Source of the DNA: Isurus oxyrinchus
Taxonomy: Eukaryota
Direction: 5' to 3'
NCBI GenBank assembly: GCA_026770705.1
Contig: JANJGN010000021.1
Span: forward strand, 99,014,001-99,078,000
DNA length: 64,000 bases
Shown here in pieces: positions 1-11,501 of the stretch. The position numbers were made by a program, and so were the translations under genes. The notes below the pieces were generated by a model. The model made no database searches and had not been told where the DNA came from. It was given only the letters and a program-made list of their open reading frames with translations. Positions within the stretch are counted from its first letter, which is position 1. The number at the start of each line of letters is the position of its first letter.

Positions 1-89
1 ACTCCACTAAGTCCATCTCTCAGCACTGACCCTTGTGTCACCAAGTCCAGTAGTCAACTTTAACTGGAAACACTTCTGATATTTCAGTT

Positions 90-1294
90 TATTATTAGAT
101 CCCCTTTCCTCTCTGATCAGACTGTGACTCTAATCCCCCATTTATATCTGATACCAGATCCCCTTTCCCCTCTGATCAGACTATGACTCTCACAACAAAA
201 ACAGAATTACCTGGAAAAACTCAGCAGGTCTGGCAGCATCGGCGGAGAAGAAAAGAGTTGACGTTTCAAGTCCTATTGACCCTTCGACAGAACTTGAGTA
301 AGTCCAGGAAAGGGGTGTTCTATCTAATACTAGATCCCCTTTCCCCTCTGATCAGACTGTGACTCTAAACCCTCATTTATATCTGATACTAGATCCCTTT
401 GCCCCTCTGCACAGACTGTGACTCGAATCCCCCATTTCTACCTGACACTAGATCCCTTTCCCTTTTGATCAGACTGTAACTCGAATCCCCCATTTCTACC
501 TGACACTTGATCCTTTTTTCCCCTCTGATCAGACTGTGACTCGAATCCCCAATTTCTATCTGATACTAGATTCCCTTTCCCCTCTGATCAGACTGTGACT
601 TTAAACCCTCATTTATATCTGATACTAGATCCCTTTGCCCCTCTGCACAGACTGTGACTCGAATCCCCAATTTCTATCTGATATTAGATCCCCTTTCCCA
701 TCTGATCAGACTGTGACTCTAATCCCCAATTTCTATCTGATACTCGATCCCCTTTCACCTCTGATCAGACTGTGACTCTAATCTCCAATTTCTATCTGAC
801 GTTAGATTCCCTTTCCCTCTGATCAGACTGTTACTCTATCCCCAATTTCTATCTGATACTCGATCCCCTTTCCCCTCTGATCAGACTGTGACTCTAATCC
901 CGCATTCCTATCTGATATTAGATCCCCTTTCCCCTCTGATCAGACTGTGACTCTAATCCCCCACTTCTATGTGCTACTAGATTCCCTTTCCCTCTGATCA
1001 TACTGTTACTCTATCCCCAATTTCTATCTGATACTCGATCCCCTTTCCCCTCTGATCAGACTGTGACTCTAATCTCCAATTTCTATCTGACGTTAGATTC
1101 CCTTTCCCTCTGATCATACTGTTACTCTATCCCTAATTTCTATCTGATACTCGATCCCCTTTCCCCTCTGATCAGGCTGTGACTCTAATCTCCAATTTCT
1201 ATCTGCTATTAGATCCCCTTTCCCCTCTGATCAGACTGTGACTCTAATCCCCCATTTCTATCTGTTACTAGATACCCTTTCCCCTCTGATCAGA
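90..1294. repeat. ~59-bp minisatellite (gatcccctttcccctctgatcagactgtgactctaatccccaatttctatctgatacta)n in the alpha1-alpha2 intron of gene A
   Basis: About 20 tandem copies visible; ends ~50 nt before the alpha2 acceptor; interrupted at ~194-318 by a Penelope terminal fragment. Confidence 0.95.
194..318 (-). mobile_element. Penelope-like element 3' terminal (pLTR) fragment with degenerate hammerhead motif
   Basis: Matches the terminal sequence of the longer PLE copies (52614-52760, 39370-39512). Confidence 0.85.
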
Positions 1295-1344
1295 TATTTT
1301 GTGATTATCTGTTAGCTATTGGTCTCCTGTTTGGTCACTGACAG

Positions 1345-1619
1345 GAATTCACACTCTTCAATGTATTTGGTCTGTTGAGATCACTGAAGACGGCTCCATT
1401 AAGAGATCGATGCAGTTTGGATTTGATGGAAAGGACTATATTAGTTTAGAGCCAGACAGAATGAGATGGGTCGCAACCAATCACTTTGCAGTGAAGATGA
1501 AGGAAAAATGGGATTCTGATAAATCCTGGAACAAATACTGGCAAATACATCTGCAAGAAGAATGTGTCCAGTATTTAATGCGGAATTTAAGGTTGGAAAG
1601 GAATATTTTGAAGGGAAAC
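1345..1619 (+). CDS. Gene A MHC class I alpha2 exon (GIHTLQCIWSVEITEDG...FGFDGKDYISL...KEKWD...EECVQYL)
   Basis: Acceptor acag at 1341-1344; donor gt at 1620; class I alpha2 motifs HTLQ and FDGKDY; 275 nt versus 276 nt in C. Confidence 0.92.
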
Positions 1620-1736
1620 GTATTTATTTCAGTTTTGTTCCCATGTTCTGATCTAACTTCACTGGTCTATGAAAGTGTTCTCCCATTCCATTCAGTGTCT
1701 GTCTATTGTTTGTGTTTTCACCCTTTTCCATTACAG

Positions 1737-2015
1737 TTCAGCCTGAAGTGTTCATCTCCAGAAGTGACCCCAATAGTCAGTACAAGCCGCTCACTCTCTC
1801 CTGCCTGGTTACTGGGTTTTATCCTGTAGACATTGAGGTGAGCTGGCTAAGGAATGGAGAGGTAATGTCTGAGACACTATCCTCGGGGGTTCGACCCAAC
1901 CACGATGGGACCCATCAGATCCAGAAAGAGATTGAAATAAATGCTGGGGATGAGAATCAATACTCCTGTCAAATTGAACACAGCAGCCTGGCAGAGAGCA
2001 AGCTCTATCAATGGG
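1737..2015 (+). CDS. Gene A MHC class I alpha3 (C1-set Ig) exon
   Basis: LSCLVTGFYP...VSW...PNHDGTHQ...YSCQIEHSSL; 279 nt; ttacag acceptor and gtaagg donor; both Cys intact. Confidence 0.95.
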
Positions 2016-2046
2016 GTAAGGAACTGTAGTGTATGTGTGTGTGTGT

Positions 2047-5000
2047 GTGGAATTTTCTGTTGGGATTGGCCATTATGTTGGGTTTGACTAGACAATATGG
2101 CAGGAAGGCCAAAAATCGCAATGTCGTGAACCCAGTTTGCAATCGTCCGCTCTGCCCGTCACTGACCGGCCGAGAGTCCTGCCGCCAGACCTCGGGAACA
2201 TCATTTTAATACATCTGCATCTGATTATAATCCCTGATCGCTGGATGTATCCCTCCACACTGGATCATTCTGGCATACCGCCTTGTTTCACAACAGCATT
2301 TAAAAGGCATGCATGTGGTGAGCTGCCATTCGAGGCGGCTCGGAGGTGAGTGCACAGTCATGTTGCATGGCGATCGTGCGGGTCACCCGTCGGACTTCAA
2401 GGTTGAGGTGCCGCACGTTTAGGTGAGGACATGGGTAAGTCGCTTCTTCCCGGTTGCTGACAGTGTGGTCCTGGGGTAAGGACTGCAGTGTTTCTGAGGT
2501 GAACTGTGGGGAGACAAGGTCAGCTCTGCATCTGCTATGGGTTGGAGATGACAAGTGCTGCTCTGCGGTTGAGGGTAGTGCACAAGCGCATGTGGCAGTC
2601 TGGGGGCGAAATGTTGGAGAGGGAAGCAGCGATGCATGAGGTAAACCTGTATAAAGGGACCATTATTCCCCCGCAGCTGAGACAGTTCAGGCACAGCCAC
2701 ATTGATACATGTGGAGTCGGGTCTCCAGCATATCTGCCCACTCAAGCAACACAGAGGCATCAATGTGCCACCAAATGCCCCTGAACTTTGCCCCTCTTGG
2801 GCACAGTCTACAAACTAATGAGTGTTTTAGTGGACTCCAGAAGAGTTGGACAACTGTGCACATTGTACAATCTCCTTGCTAAAGCTGGCCATGGAGCAGT
2901 CACTGCTGGAGATGCTCACAGCCCCTTGCAATGTCATCATTCAAGTTTGGACCAGTCTCCCCCATGGTTCAAGCTAACAGGGCAGACTTGCAGTGCAGGT
3001 TAGGAGAATGCCTGTGCCTGAGCTGAGAACACAGCATGCAGTCCAATGGGCAAAGCTGCCGCAGTCGGTCAGGTGGAGGGGGGTGGAGTTGGGTGGGGTC
3101 TCGGGCATCTATGAGCACACTAAACTCTGGCCATCCAAGTGATGTCCAGCACTCTATAGGATGTGTTAAGGGGCCTTCAGACTCAACCAAGACAGGTTAT
3201 TAGGTCACCCATGCTAACCCACATGTCTCTCTCTTTCACCCTGTAGATGGAGTACATCAGGAGTTTGGAGCCTGGTGACCTAGCTGTATGCTTTCTGTCT
3301 AACAGGGAGTGGAGATGAAGGAGAAGAGAGTGACAGAGACGCTTACCTGGACAGAGGGAGAAACAGCACCCTCAAGAATAAGGGGTGGCTGGGGCTCCCA
3401 TACACACTGCTGAAGAGCCACAGGCAGCCGATACTGGTCGGTGCCTGGCGAGACCCAGGGTCTATGGACAGCACTTGTCATTCCTGCATGTGACTGAGAA
3501 CCAATGTCGCTGAAGGTTGCACATGTCCAGGGAACTGGTCAGTCACATCTGCCACCTGCTGCAGGGTTTAACACCACAGGGACATGGAGGGCATCCACTG
3601 CCATTAGCTGTGAATGTGACTGTGGTGCTCAATTTCTACACCAGTGGCTCCTTTCAGGGCTCCATAGGTGATCTCTGTGAGATCTCATTATCCACAAGCA
3701 AATGCAACCATGGGGTCACGGATGCCATCTTCAAGAGGGCACAAAACTTTTTGTATTTCACCCGAGATCAGGAGAGCCAGGAAACAAGAGCACTGGGATT
3801 TGCCCAAATCTCAGGTTTCCCACAGGTGCAGCTACCATCGACTGCACTCACGTGTCACTCAGGTCTCCATGGCAACAAGAGGGCAACTACGTCAACTGTA
3901 AGGGCTTCCACTCGCTGAATGTTCAGCTGGTGACCAGCATTAACACATCCTGTCAGTCTTTGCACAATTCCCAGTGAGTGTCCATGACTCCTACATTCTC
4001 AGTAAGTCTTCCAGGATCCACAGAGGCTGCAGGGACAAGGGCTACCCACAGAGTCCGTGGCTCATGACACCCGTGTGGCAGCCTCAGACTGCAGCAGAGT
4101 GAAGGTAAAATGAGGATCATGCAGCAACTCACAACTTGGTGGAGCAGATCACCGGGATGTTGAAAATGAGATTCCAGTGCCTGGACCGGTCTGGTGGAGC
4201 CCTGCAATACAGTCCACAGAGGGTGTCACACATCATCATCATTTGCTGTGCCCTTCACAACCTGGCACTGGAACAGGGAGAGGAGCTGGCTGAGGAGGAG
4301 ATGGAAGAAACCACGACTCCTCCACCGAGGAGGACGTCGACGGTGATGGCGGCGATGAGGCCCTCGCACTGGCCAGACGAGGCAGGCGCTCTCGGGAGGC
4401 CTCATAGCTGCTAGATTCCTGGAGAGAGATGACGACATGCAGTGAGGAGACACCATAGATCCTCACATTGCATCTATGAATGTCTGATGCCTGTCTGGCT
4501 GATCGCAGGTCGTTTGCCACATCCTCCTGGAATGTAGGGACTATGGGCATCCACTGTGTTTCCATGGCAGGAGCCTTATCACAGAGGGTATGTGCCCTGA
4601 TGTTCCCAAACTTGCCTTGGCAGCTGCAGCAACTGAGGTATTACTGAGCCCAGAGAATCCCCATCTGACTTGGACTCACCAGATTTCTGGCCTCCAGCAG
4701 TCCTCCGAGTACTGGAAACATGGGAAGTCCCTGCCGCAGCCTGCTGTGGATCAGACCGTGCGCTGTGCTCACCACATTGTGATCCTGAGGCTACTTTAAA
4801 GCTAAGCGTGCATCTCTGCGCTGGGGGAGGGTGTGGGTGGGCACTGTGATGGCTTTTCAATGTGGGGTTCAGCAGATTCCTCTTCCGAAGTGTCTTTGGG
4901 ACTTAAGTTGATGCCCTGAGTCATGGACTCCACGGGCCATTTCCCAGATGTGCCTGCGGAAGCACAGAGAGATAATGAGTGATGGCAGTGGCCTGGGAAA

Positions 5001-5663
5001 CAGGACACATCATTCACAGCATGGTTGTCTGATGGATGTTGCCCTGCTGGACCCTCATTTGGTCGAGCACCATCAACCTCACCATCAGCACAGGACCGGT
5101 CCTGGTCATCGCCGGCTGGCTGGATGGCTCTGTTTTCAAAGTCCATGAGGACCTTGGTTTCAGGCATTCCTCCACTGGGCTGTGACCTCTCCCTGTTGTT
5201 ATATGCCAGCTTATCCTGCAGAACCACCACTGCCACTGCCTCCCATGCTGGATTGGTGACCTTGTTTGCTGGCCTTTGCCCAGAGCTGGGGTAGAGGAAA
5301 TTGCAGCGGACCTCCACTGTGTCCAATAGTTGTTTGAGGGAGGCATGGATAAATCTAGGGCACCATGTTTCCTCCCCTTGGAAGCTATCAGTTCCCAGCA
5401 GCTTCCTATCCCTTGCGGAGAGCAGGTTCTGTGCAGGGGCGGCCTTTAAAGATGTCGCCCGGATTACTGAAGGCCTGAGCTCATGGTGGGGAGGGTGAAT
5501 CAGAGGTTGCCCCACCAGCAATTCGGTGTGTTTTCCAGGAATGCATGATTAATGAGGTGGGAATCGGACGATATGGCATGAAAGGCTGCCATTGTGGCCA
5601 GTGGGTAAAACATCCTTTTTCCCACCCGCTCCTTCACTTAGTGCAAATCTAGAGCAATTCCAC
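2047..5663 (+). mobile_element. PIF/Harbinger DNA transposon (decayed HARBI1-like transposase ~3450-4440 on +; Myb/SANT ORF remnant ~5100-5380 on -)
   Basis: Motifs FYTSGSFQ, GFPQVQ..IDCTHV, VEQITGMLKMRFQCLDRSGGALQYSP, CCALHN; convergent ORF with AWEAVAVVV; 8-bp termini GTGGAATT/AATTCCAC; inserted in the (TG)n after the alpha3 donor. Confidence 0.88.
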
Positions 5664-5688
5664 AGTGTGCGTGTATGTGTGTGTGTGT

Positions 5689-5723
<35 letters not shown>

Positions 5724-5876
5724 TGTGCGTGTGTGTGTACGTGTGTGCGTGTATGTACGTGTGTGCGTGTATGTGTGTGTACATGTGTGTACGTGTTTAT
5801 GTGTGCGTATGTGTATGTGTGTATGTGTATGTGTCTGGTTCTGTGTGTCTGTGTTGCTCCATGTGTGTCTATGTGT
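5664..5876. repeat. Imperfect (TG)n microsatellite
   Basis: Seen directly. Confidence 0.95.
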
Positions 5877-5899
5877 AATATCAAAACCCAATATTGCTC

Positions 5900-7078
5900 C
5901 CTATCTCTCACTACTTTTACCGAACAAAAGTGTCTCCATCTGAGTCTGGAAAATTTCAGTTGACCCCCAGCTCCCACAGCCTCTTGCTGGAGAGAGTTCC
6001 AGATGTCCACTGCCATTTTTGTGAAGATTCACTTCCTGATTTCACTCCTAAATGACCTCACTCTAATTTGAAGAAGATTCTCTCTTGAACTGGATTCCAT
6101 CACCAGAGAAAATAGTTTCTCTCTCTCAACCCTATCAACTCCCTTTATCATTTTAAACATCTCCATCAGATCATCCTTCACCCTGTTAAACACAAGGAAA
6201 TACATGTCAGCTTTATAGAACCTGTCCTCATAACTGAACCCTCTGAGCTGTGAGGTCATTCTGCTGAATCTACACTGTTCCCCTCCACGGCCAGTATATC
6301 TGATGTGAGGTTTGGTGTCCAGAACTGAATGTCATTCTCCAGATGGAGTCTGACCAAAGCTCTGTACAACTGAAGCTTCATTTCCTCACTTTGTGTTCAA
6401 ACCCCCTTGAGATAAAGGACAACAGCCCATTAGCCTTTCTGATTGATTTTTTATAACAGTGAACGAACTTTTAGTGATTTATGCACATGACCAACCAAAT
6501 CTCCCTTTTTACACAGCTCCCAGTCTCCCAAAATTATGAAAATATTCCAATTTGTCTTTCCCAGATTTAATGTGAATGATCCCACACTTCCCAACATTGG
6601 GGAAAACTGTGGCAGATGGAATTCAATCATTTAATCTGTCAATGCCCCTTCACTGTGTCTCCTAACTTAGTGTCATCTGTAAACTTGGATATACAACTCT
6701 CTGTTCCTGCATCCAAGCCATGAATATAGACGGTGAAAAGCTGAGGCCCCAGTCCAGATCCCTGGGGAATACAACTTATCACATCCTGCCAATGGGAGCA
6801 CATTCCCTTTATCCATATTCTCAGTCTCCGACTTCCCAATCAATTTTCACCCCATGTCAAAGATTACCTCCAATTCCAAACACTCTGGTAATTGTCAATA
6901 ATCTCTTATGTGGAACCTGATCAATGACCTTCTGGAAGTCCATCTAGACCAGATCCATAGACACTCCCTTATCCACCATGTTACTGAGCGCCTCATAAAA
7001 TTCAATGAGATTAATCAGACATGAGCTCCCATTCACAAATCCATCCTGTCCCTCTTTGATCAGCTGATCCTTGTCTAA
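5900..7078 (-). mobile_element. Decayed CR1 LINE ORF2 3' fragments
   Basis: Translations PQGSGLGPQLF, ISKFTDDTKLG and FKMIKGVDRVEREKLF; partly shared with the equivalent introns of B (18420-19160) and C (44160-44625). Confidence 0.8.
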
Positions 7079-8193
7079 GGGCAAGATCGACCCAGATTTG
7101 CACTAAGTGCTGTAGCTGGTGTGAACAAGGATGTTTTACTGCCGGCCACAATGACAGGTTTTCACGCTGTATCGTCCCCTTCCCACCTCATTAATTATAC
7201 AGCCACAGGAAACACACGTCTCGCTGCCGGGCAGCCTCTGAATCGCCCGCCTCACCGTTTCCACACTCCTGGTGCCACATCCAAACTGCAGCCACGCACA
7301 CAGTTCTCAATGCTTGCAGCCCAGGTCTGCTCCAGTGAAGACATGGCCCTGAAAGCCAGGAAGAGTTCAGTGACCCATCACTGGTTTGCCTTTCAGGGGC
7401 CTGTCGTGATGTCCTCCACCCCCACTCTGTCCGCAGGAGGCCCAGCAACCTCACCACTCCGGCTTGAGAGGTGGTGGCAGTGGTGGTCAGTGCCAACGCC
7501 ATACAGAAGAGGTTGGCCAACCAGTTTAGAAAGAGGATGAATGATCTCACCTGTACTGCCAGGGTAATGCAACCATCTCATCACTCTAAACTCACACAGT
7601 CACAAAACCATCACACATTCACTGGCATCTCACTCACTCCCAGCTCAAGGGGCATCACCGCCCACTCTCTCACAGACACCCTCACATCTCCATCTGGCCT
7701 CATCTCCTCTGGAGACTGCCTCCTCACCATCTCGAGGTCACTTGCACAGATCAACACATGCCCCCCACACACACCCTGGGTTACCCTCCTTCCCCAGTAC
7801 AGCCCTCATTCTGCAGCCTCTTCCCTTACCTGAGGCCACTTCTCCCCTTTCCCCAAGCAAGTCCTAGTCTTGCAGCCATTGAAAAGTCACCCTCGCCTTA
7901 CAGCTGGTCTGGTAGTTAGAAGCCTGCCTGTGAGCCCCTGTAAAGGTGATGTGGTGCTGCCTGTGAAGCCTGGCGCTGATGACCACGAGTGCTGCTTCAG
8001 GCAAACAAACCTCGAAGTCCCAAGTGAAGAGCAGCTCACTAGATGCACGTTGTTTACGTCCAGTTGTGAAACACGATGATGTGCAATCACACCGACGTGC
8101 CTGGGTGATCCAGCAATGGGGGGAGGGAGAGGTGGGAGGGATGATTTTGGCAAGCAGGGTTTATAATGAGATGATAAAGTATTAAAATTAGGT

Positions 8194-9397
8194 TTTCCAC
8201 CCATGGTCGTTGACAGGGCCCTCAACCGTGTCCGGCCCATCTCCCACGCATCCGCCCTCACACCTTCTCCTCCCTCCCAGAAACATGATAGGGTCCCCCT
8301 TGTCCTCACTTATCACCCCACCAGCCTCTGCATTCAAAGGATCAACCTCCGCCATTTCCGCCAACTCCAGCATGATGCCACAACCAAACACATCTTCCCT
8401 TCACCCCCCCCGTCAGCATTCTGTAGGGATCGTTCCCTCTGGGACACCCTGGTCCGCTCCTCCGTCACCCCCTACTCCTCAACCCCCACCTATGGCACCT
8501 CCCCCTGCCCACGCCAAAGATGTAACACCTGCCCCTTCACTTCCTCTCTCCTCACCGTCCAAGGGCCCAAACACTCCTTTCAAGTGAAGCAGCATTTCAC
8601 TTGCATTTCCCCCAACTTAGTCTACTGCATTCGTTGCTCCCAATGCGGTCTCCTCTACATTGGAGAGACCAAACGTAGATAGGGCGACCGCTTTGCAGAA
8701 CACCTGCGGTCTGTCCGCAAGAATGACCCAAACCTCCCTGTCATTTGCCATTTTAACATTCCACCCTGCTCTCTTGCCCACATGTCTGTCCTTGGCTTAC
8801 TGCATTGTTCCAGTGAAGCCCAACGCAAACTGGAGGAACAACACCTCATCTTCCGACTAGGCACCTCACAGCCTTCCGGTCTGAATATTGAATTCAACAA
8901 CTTTAGATCTTGAACTGCCTCCTCCATCCCCACCCCCTTTCTGTTTCTTCCCCCTTCCTTTTGTTTTTTCCAATAAATTATATAGATGTTTCTTTTCCCA
9001 CCTATTTCCATTATTTTTAAATCTTTTATGCTCCCCCCACCCCCACTAGAGCTGTACATTGAGTACCCTACCATCCATTCTTAATTGGCACATTGGTTTA
9101 GATAATATCACCAACTTCAACACCTCTGTGTTCTTTTGTTCTTTTGTCTGTGACATCTTTTAATGATCTGCTCCTATCACGGCTTGTTTGTCCCTACAAA
9201 CCCCCCCCAACTTCTCTCCCCCAACCCAACCGCACCGCCCCCCCCCCCCCCCACCTTAAACCAGCTTATATTTCACCCCTCTCCCTGGATTCACCCTGTT
9301 CTGCTGAAGGGTCATGAGGACTCGAAACGTCAACTCTTTTCTTCTCGGCCAATGCTGCCAGACCTGCTGAGTTTTTCCAGGTAATTCTGTTTTTGTT
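8194..9397 (+). mobile_element. 5'-truncated Penelope-like retroelement (Neptune-like; Zn linker plus GIY-YIG) with pLTR
   Basis: CPRQRCNTC...LVYCIRCSQCGLLYIGETKR; 12-bp TSD ttaaaattaggt at 8182-8193 and 9398-9409. Confidence 0.9.
9298..9334 (+). ncRNA. Minimal type I hammerhead ribozyme-like motif in PLE terminus
   Basis: gtt-CTGCTGA-a-GGGTC-atgag-GACTC-GAAA-C-GTC-aac. Confidence 0.6.
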
Positions 9398-9838
9398 TTA
9401 AAATTAGGTCCCTGACGTGCGGTGGGGGAAACGCTGTCCATCATTGACGGGTGGAACGCGATCATTGCAAACCGGTTTCACAACGTCACAAATGAATTTT
9501 GGGCCTTCTTGCCACAGTGTCAAACATTTCTATGATCAGGTGTAACCCTGGGGATTGAACAAGGACAGGACACTGAGACATCGGGGAGAATTAGAACTGA
9601 ACTGTCCGGGAAGGGAACCCACGGGATTGGGACAACACGGTTTTTCCACCACCATCAATGGGACACTTTAGTGACTTGACTGGAGAGTGAAATCGGCGAG
9701 TGGAAAACCAGTGTTTCAACCAATCCCATCAATTCCCAATGGGCAGCTTTGGTTAAAATTGTCCCCATTTAACACGGAACTGGGAATGGATCCGGGAACA
9801 GAGAGAGACAATCCTGATATTATTCAAATGTGTTTCAG

Positions 9839-9954
9839 AAATCCCAGAAAACAGTGCAGGACGCTCCCATCTTGGAATGATATTTGGATTAGTCGCTGCA
9901 CTGGCTGCTCTACTTCTGATAATCGGAATAATCATCTGGAAAAGGCAAAGAGAG
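9839..9954 (+). CDS. Gene A connecting peptide/transmembrane exon (EIPENSAGRSHLGMIFGLVAALAALLLIIGIIIWKRQRE)
   Basis: tttcag acceptor; gtaaga donor; uninterrupted hydrophobic stretch followed by basic residues; 116 nt versus 117 nt in C. Confidence 0.9.
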
Positions 9955-9961
9955 GTAAGAA

Positions 9962-10247
9962 TCAGAGAGAGGGGAATGAGGAACTGAGGAGACAGAGTGA
10001 GTTTGGGGGAATCTCCAGTACTAGGAGTACAGAACACTGAGAGGGGAGAGTGAGAGAGAGGGGAATGTGGAACTGAGGGGACAGAGTGAGTGTGGGGGAT
10101 TCTCCAGTACTGGGAGTACAGGGCACTGAGAGGGGAGAGTGAGAGAGAGGGGAATGTGGAACTGAGGGGACAGAGTGAGTGTGGGGGAACCTCCAGTACT
10201 GGGAGTGCAGGACACTGAGAGGGGAGAGTGAGAGAGGGGAAAGTGGA
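9962..10247. repeat. ~89-bp minisatellite directly after the TM exon (also at 44820-45072, 62038-62245, remnant 18168-18245)
   Basis: About 3 tandem copies visible. Confidence 0.9.
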
Positions 10248-10497
10248 TCTTCCTTTGTGTGATCAGCCCAGACCAGGTCTAATATTGATCATTGAACCTA
10301 CCACACACACTCACATCCTCACCTACTGAATATCGATGGAATGGAAGAGATCGACAGGATTTCCATAAAGTGTATGGATGGAGGGGAGTGTGGGATTGAG
10401 TATTTCTTACACAATCTCCATTCCCTCACACTTGTGTTCTCACTCTCTGAAAATGGATTATTCCCCATTCTAATTGACATTTATTTTGCTTCTGCAG

Positions 10498-10530
10498 ATT
10501 CACCAAGTGTGACCTACACAACAGCTCAGA
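10498..10530 (+). CDS. Gene A 33-nt cytoplasmic exon (DSPSVTYTTAQ in phase 1; YxxA motif)
   Basis: ctgcag acceptor, gtaaat donor; near-identical exons at 45397-45429, 56750-56782 and 61678-61710. Confidence 0.8.
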
Positions 10531-10821
10531 GTAAATGACTGAGGGACAGATTGTTGGGAATGAAATACATTTACATTTTCTGCACATTTCTCTCATTCTA
10601 ATTTATCTCAGTTTTAAAAGGTCCTTAAATGTATTTGGGTTTTTATTAGGAGTTTTCTGACTCAATATAAAAGACTCGGAAACACGTCAAGTGGGACAAT
10701 TGATGGGATAAAATCCCATTTCTGGAGCTTGGACAGGTGAGGGGTCAGTCTCCAACCCTCTCCTGTTAAAGTGTCGGGGATTGTGTTGGTCTCTTCCCCA
10801 TTGTACAACTTTCCCCTGCAG

Positions 10822-11231
10822 GAAGGACTGACCCTTCACCTCACTGACCAGATTGTTCCAGAAATCGATGGAATGGAGGATCCAACATGGATGTGACTGG
10901 ATCCAGGCCTCACGGAGAAGCTGAGGAAACTCCGACTGCAGCTGTCGGGGCAGCTGGAGAGCAGCTGGGGGCTGATACATTTGGACATTGGGAGGGAGAA
11001 AATCCCTCTCCCTCCCCCAGGAAATCAGACCAAAGATCAGTGTAGATGGAGAGTGAAACAAGTGACATTTTATTTTAACAGCAAATCCCCATTGCAAAAC
11101 CTTCGAGGTAATCAGTGTTGAACAATGCAAACCTCAGAAAATTGATCTAAAACATTTCATAACATTTATGTTAATGAGTTATTTTTCGAATTTGTAAATT
11201 GTTGGAATCTTAAATGTTTCATGTTAATAAA
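10822..11231 (+). other. Putative terminal exon of gene A (RTDPSPH* at 10822-10847, then 3'UTR to AATAAA)
   Basis: Pyrimidine tract plus ctgcag at 10816-10821; stop at 10845-10847; AATAAA at 11226-11231; mirrored at 56063-56472. Confidence 0.55.
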
Positions 11232-11501
11232 AGTTATTTTGAATTATTTAGAGTGACTTCAGGATGATGGGTAAATACAACAACAACAGACTCAAATAGA
11301 ACACCAACAATTTATAATTTACAAATAGAATTCCCATTAAATAAGACAACACAAACATTTCCTCAAAATGTAACAGCAACAAACCTCCGCTCTCTGTGCC
11401 TGAGGGTCACTGTCACAAAGGACGAGGTGGTTAGATAAAGATGTCCACTCTGCAAGAGCTGCCACCCTAATGCCCCCTGCATCTTCCCCGTGCCTGTGTC
11501 C

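Larger units (their letters stand above)
7085..9525 (-). mobile_element. Internally deleted Harbinger element (Myb/SANT remnant ~7340-7565), hosting a nested PLE
   Basis: 7095-7220 is the reverse complement of 5525-5650 and 9440-9520 resembles the reverse complement of 2090-2170; peptide VAVVVSANAIQKRLANQFRKRMNDL. Confidence 0.7.
1345..11231 (+). pseudogene. Non-classical MHC class I heavy chain paralog A (alpha2, alpha3, TM, cytoplasmic and terminal exons); frameshifted as assembled, possibly rescuable
   Basis: Exons 1345-1619, 1737-2015, 9839-9954, 10498-10530 and 10822 onward, with AG/GT boundaries; AATAAA at 11226-11231; 1-nt deletions near 1589 and 9949 relative to B and C. Confidence 0.85.

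Noticed and set aside
90-1294. Regular repeats resembling a CRISPR array
   Set aside because: No unique spacers; eukaryotic minisatellite.
3450-4440. Domesticated HARBI1 gene
   Set aside because: Frameshifted, present in several copies and bounded by TIR-like ends; a transposon relic.
5549-6016. His/Thr- and Cys/Val-rich ORFs (also 15547-16562 and 50098-51221)
   Set aside because: Translations of (TG)n/(CA)n tracts, not genes.
10687-11130. 147-aa minus ORF with a mirror copy at 56197-56604
   Set aside because: Antisense to the putative terminal exon; no recognisable domain; the similarity is explained by the inverted duplication.
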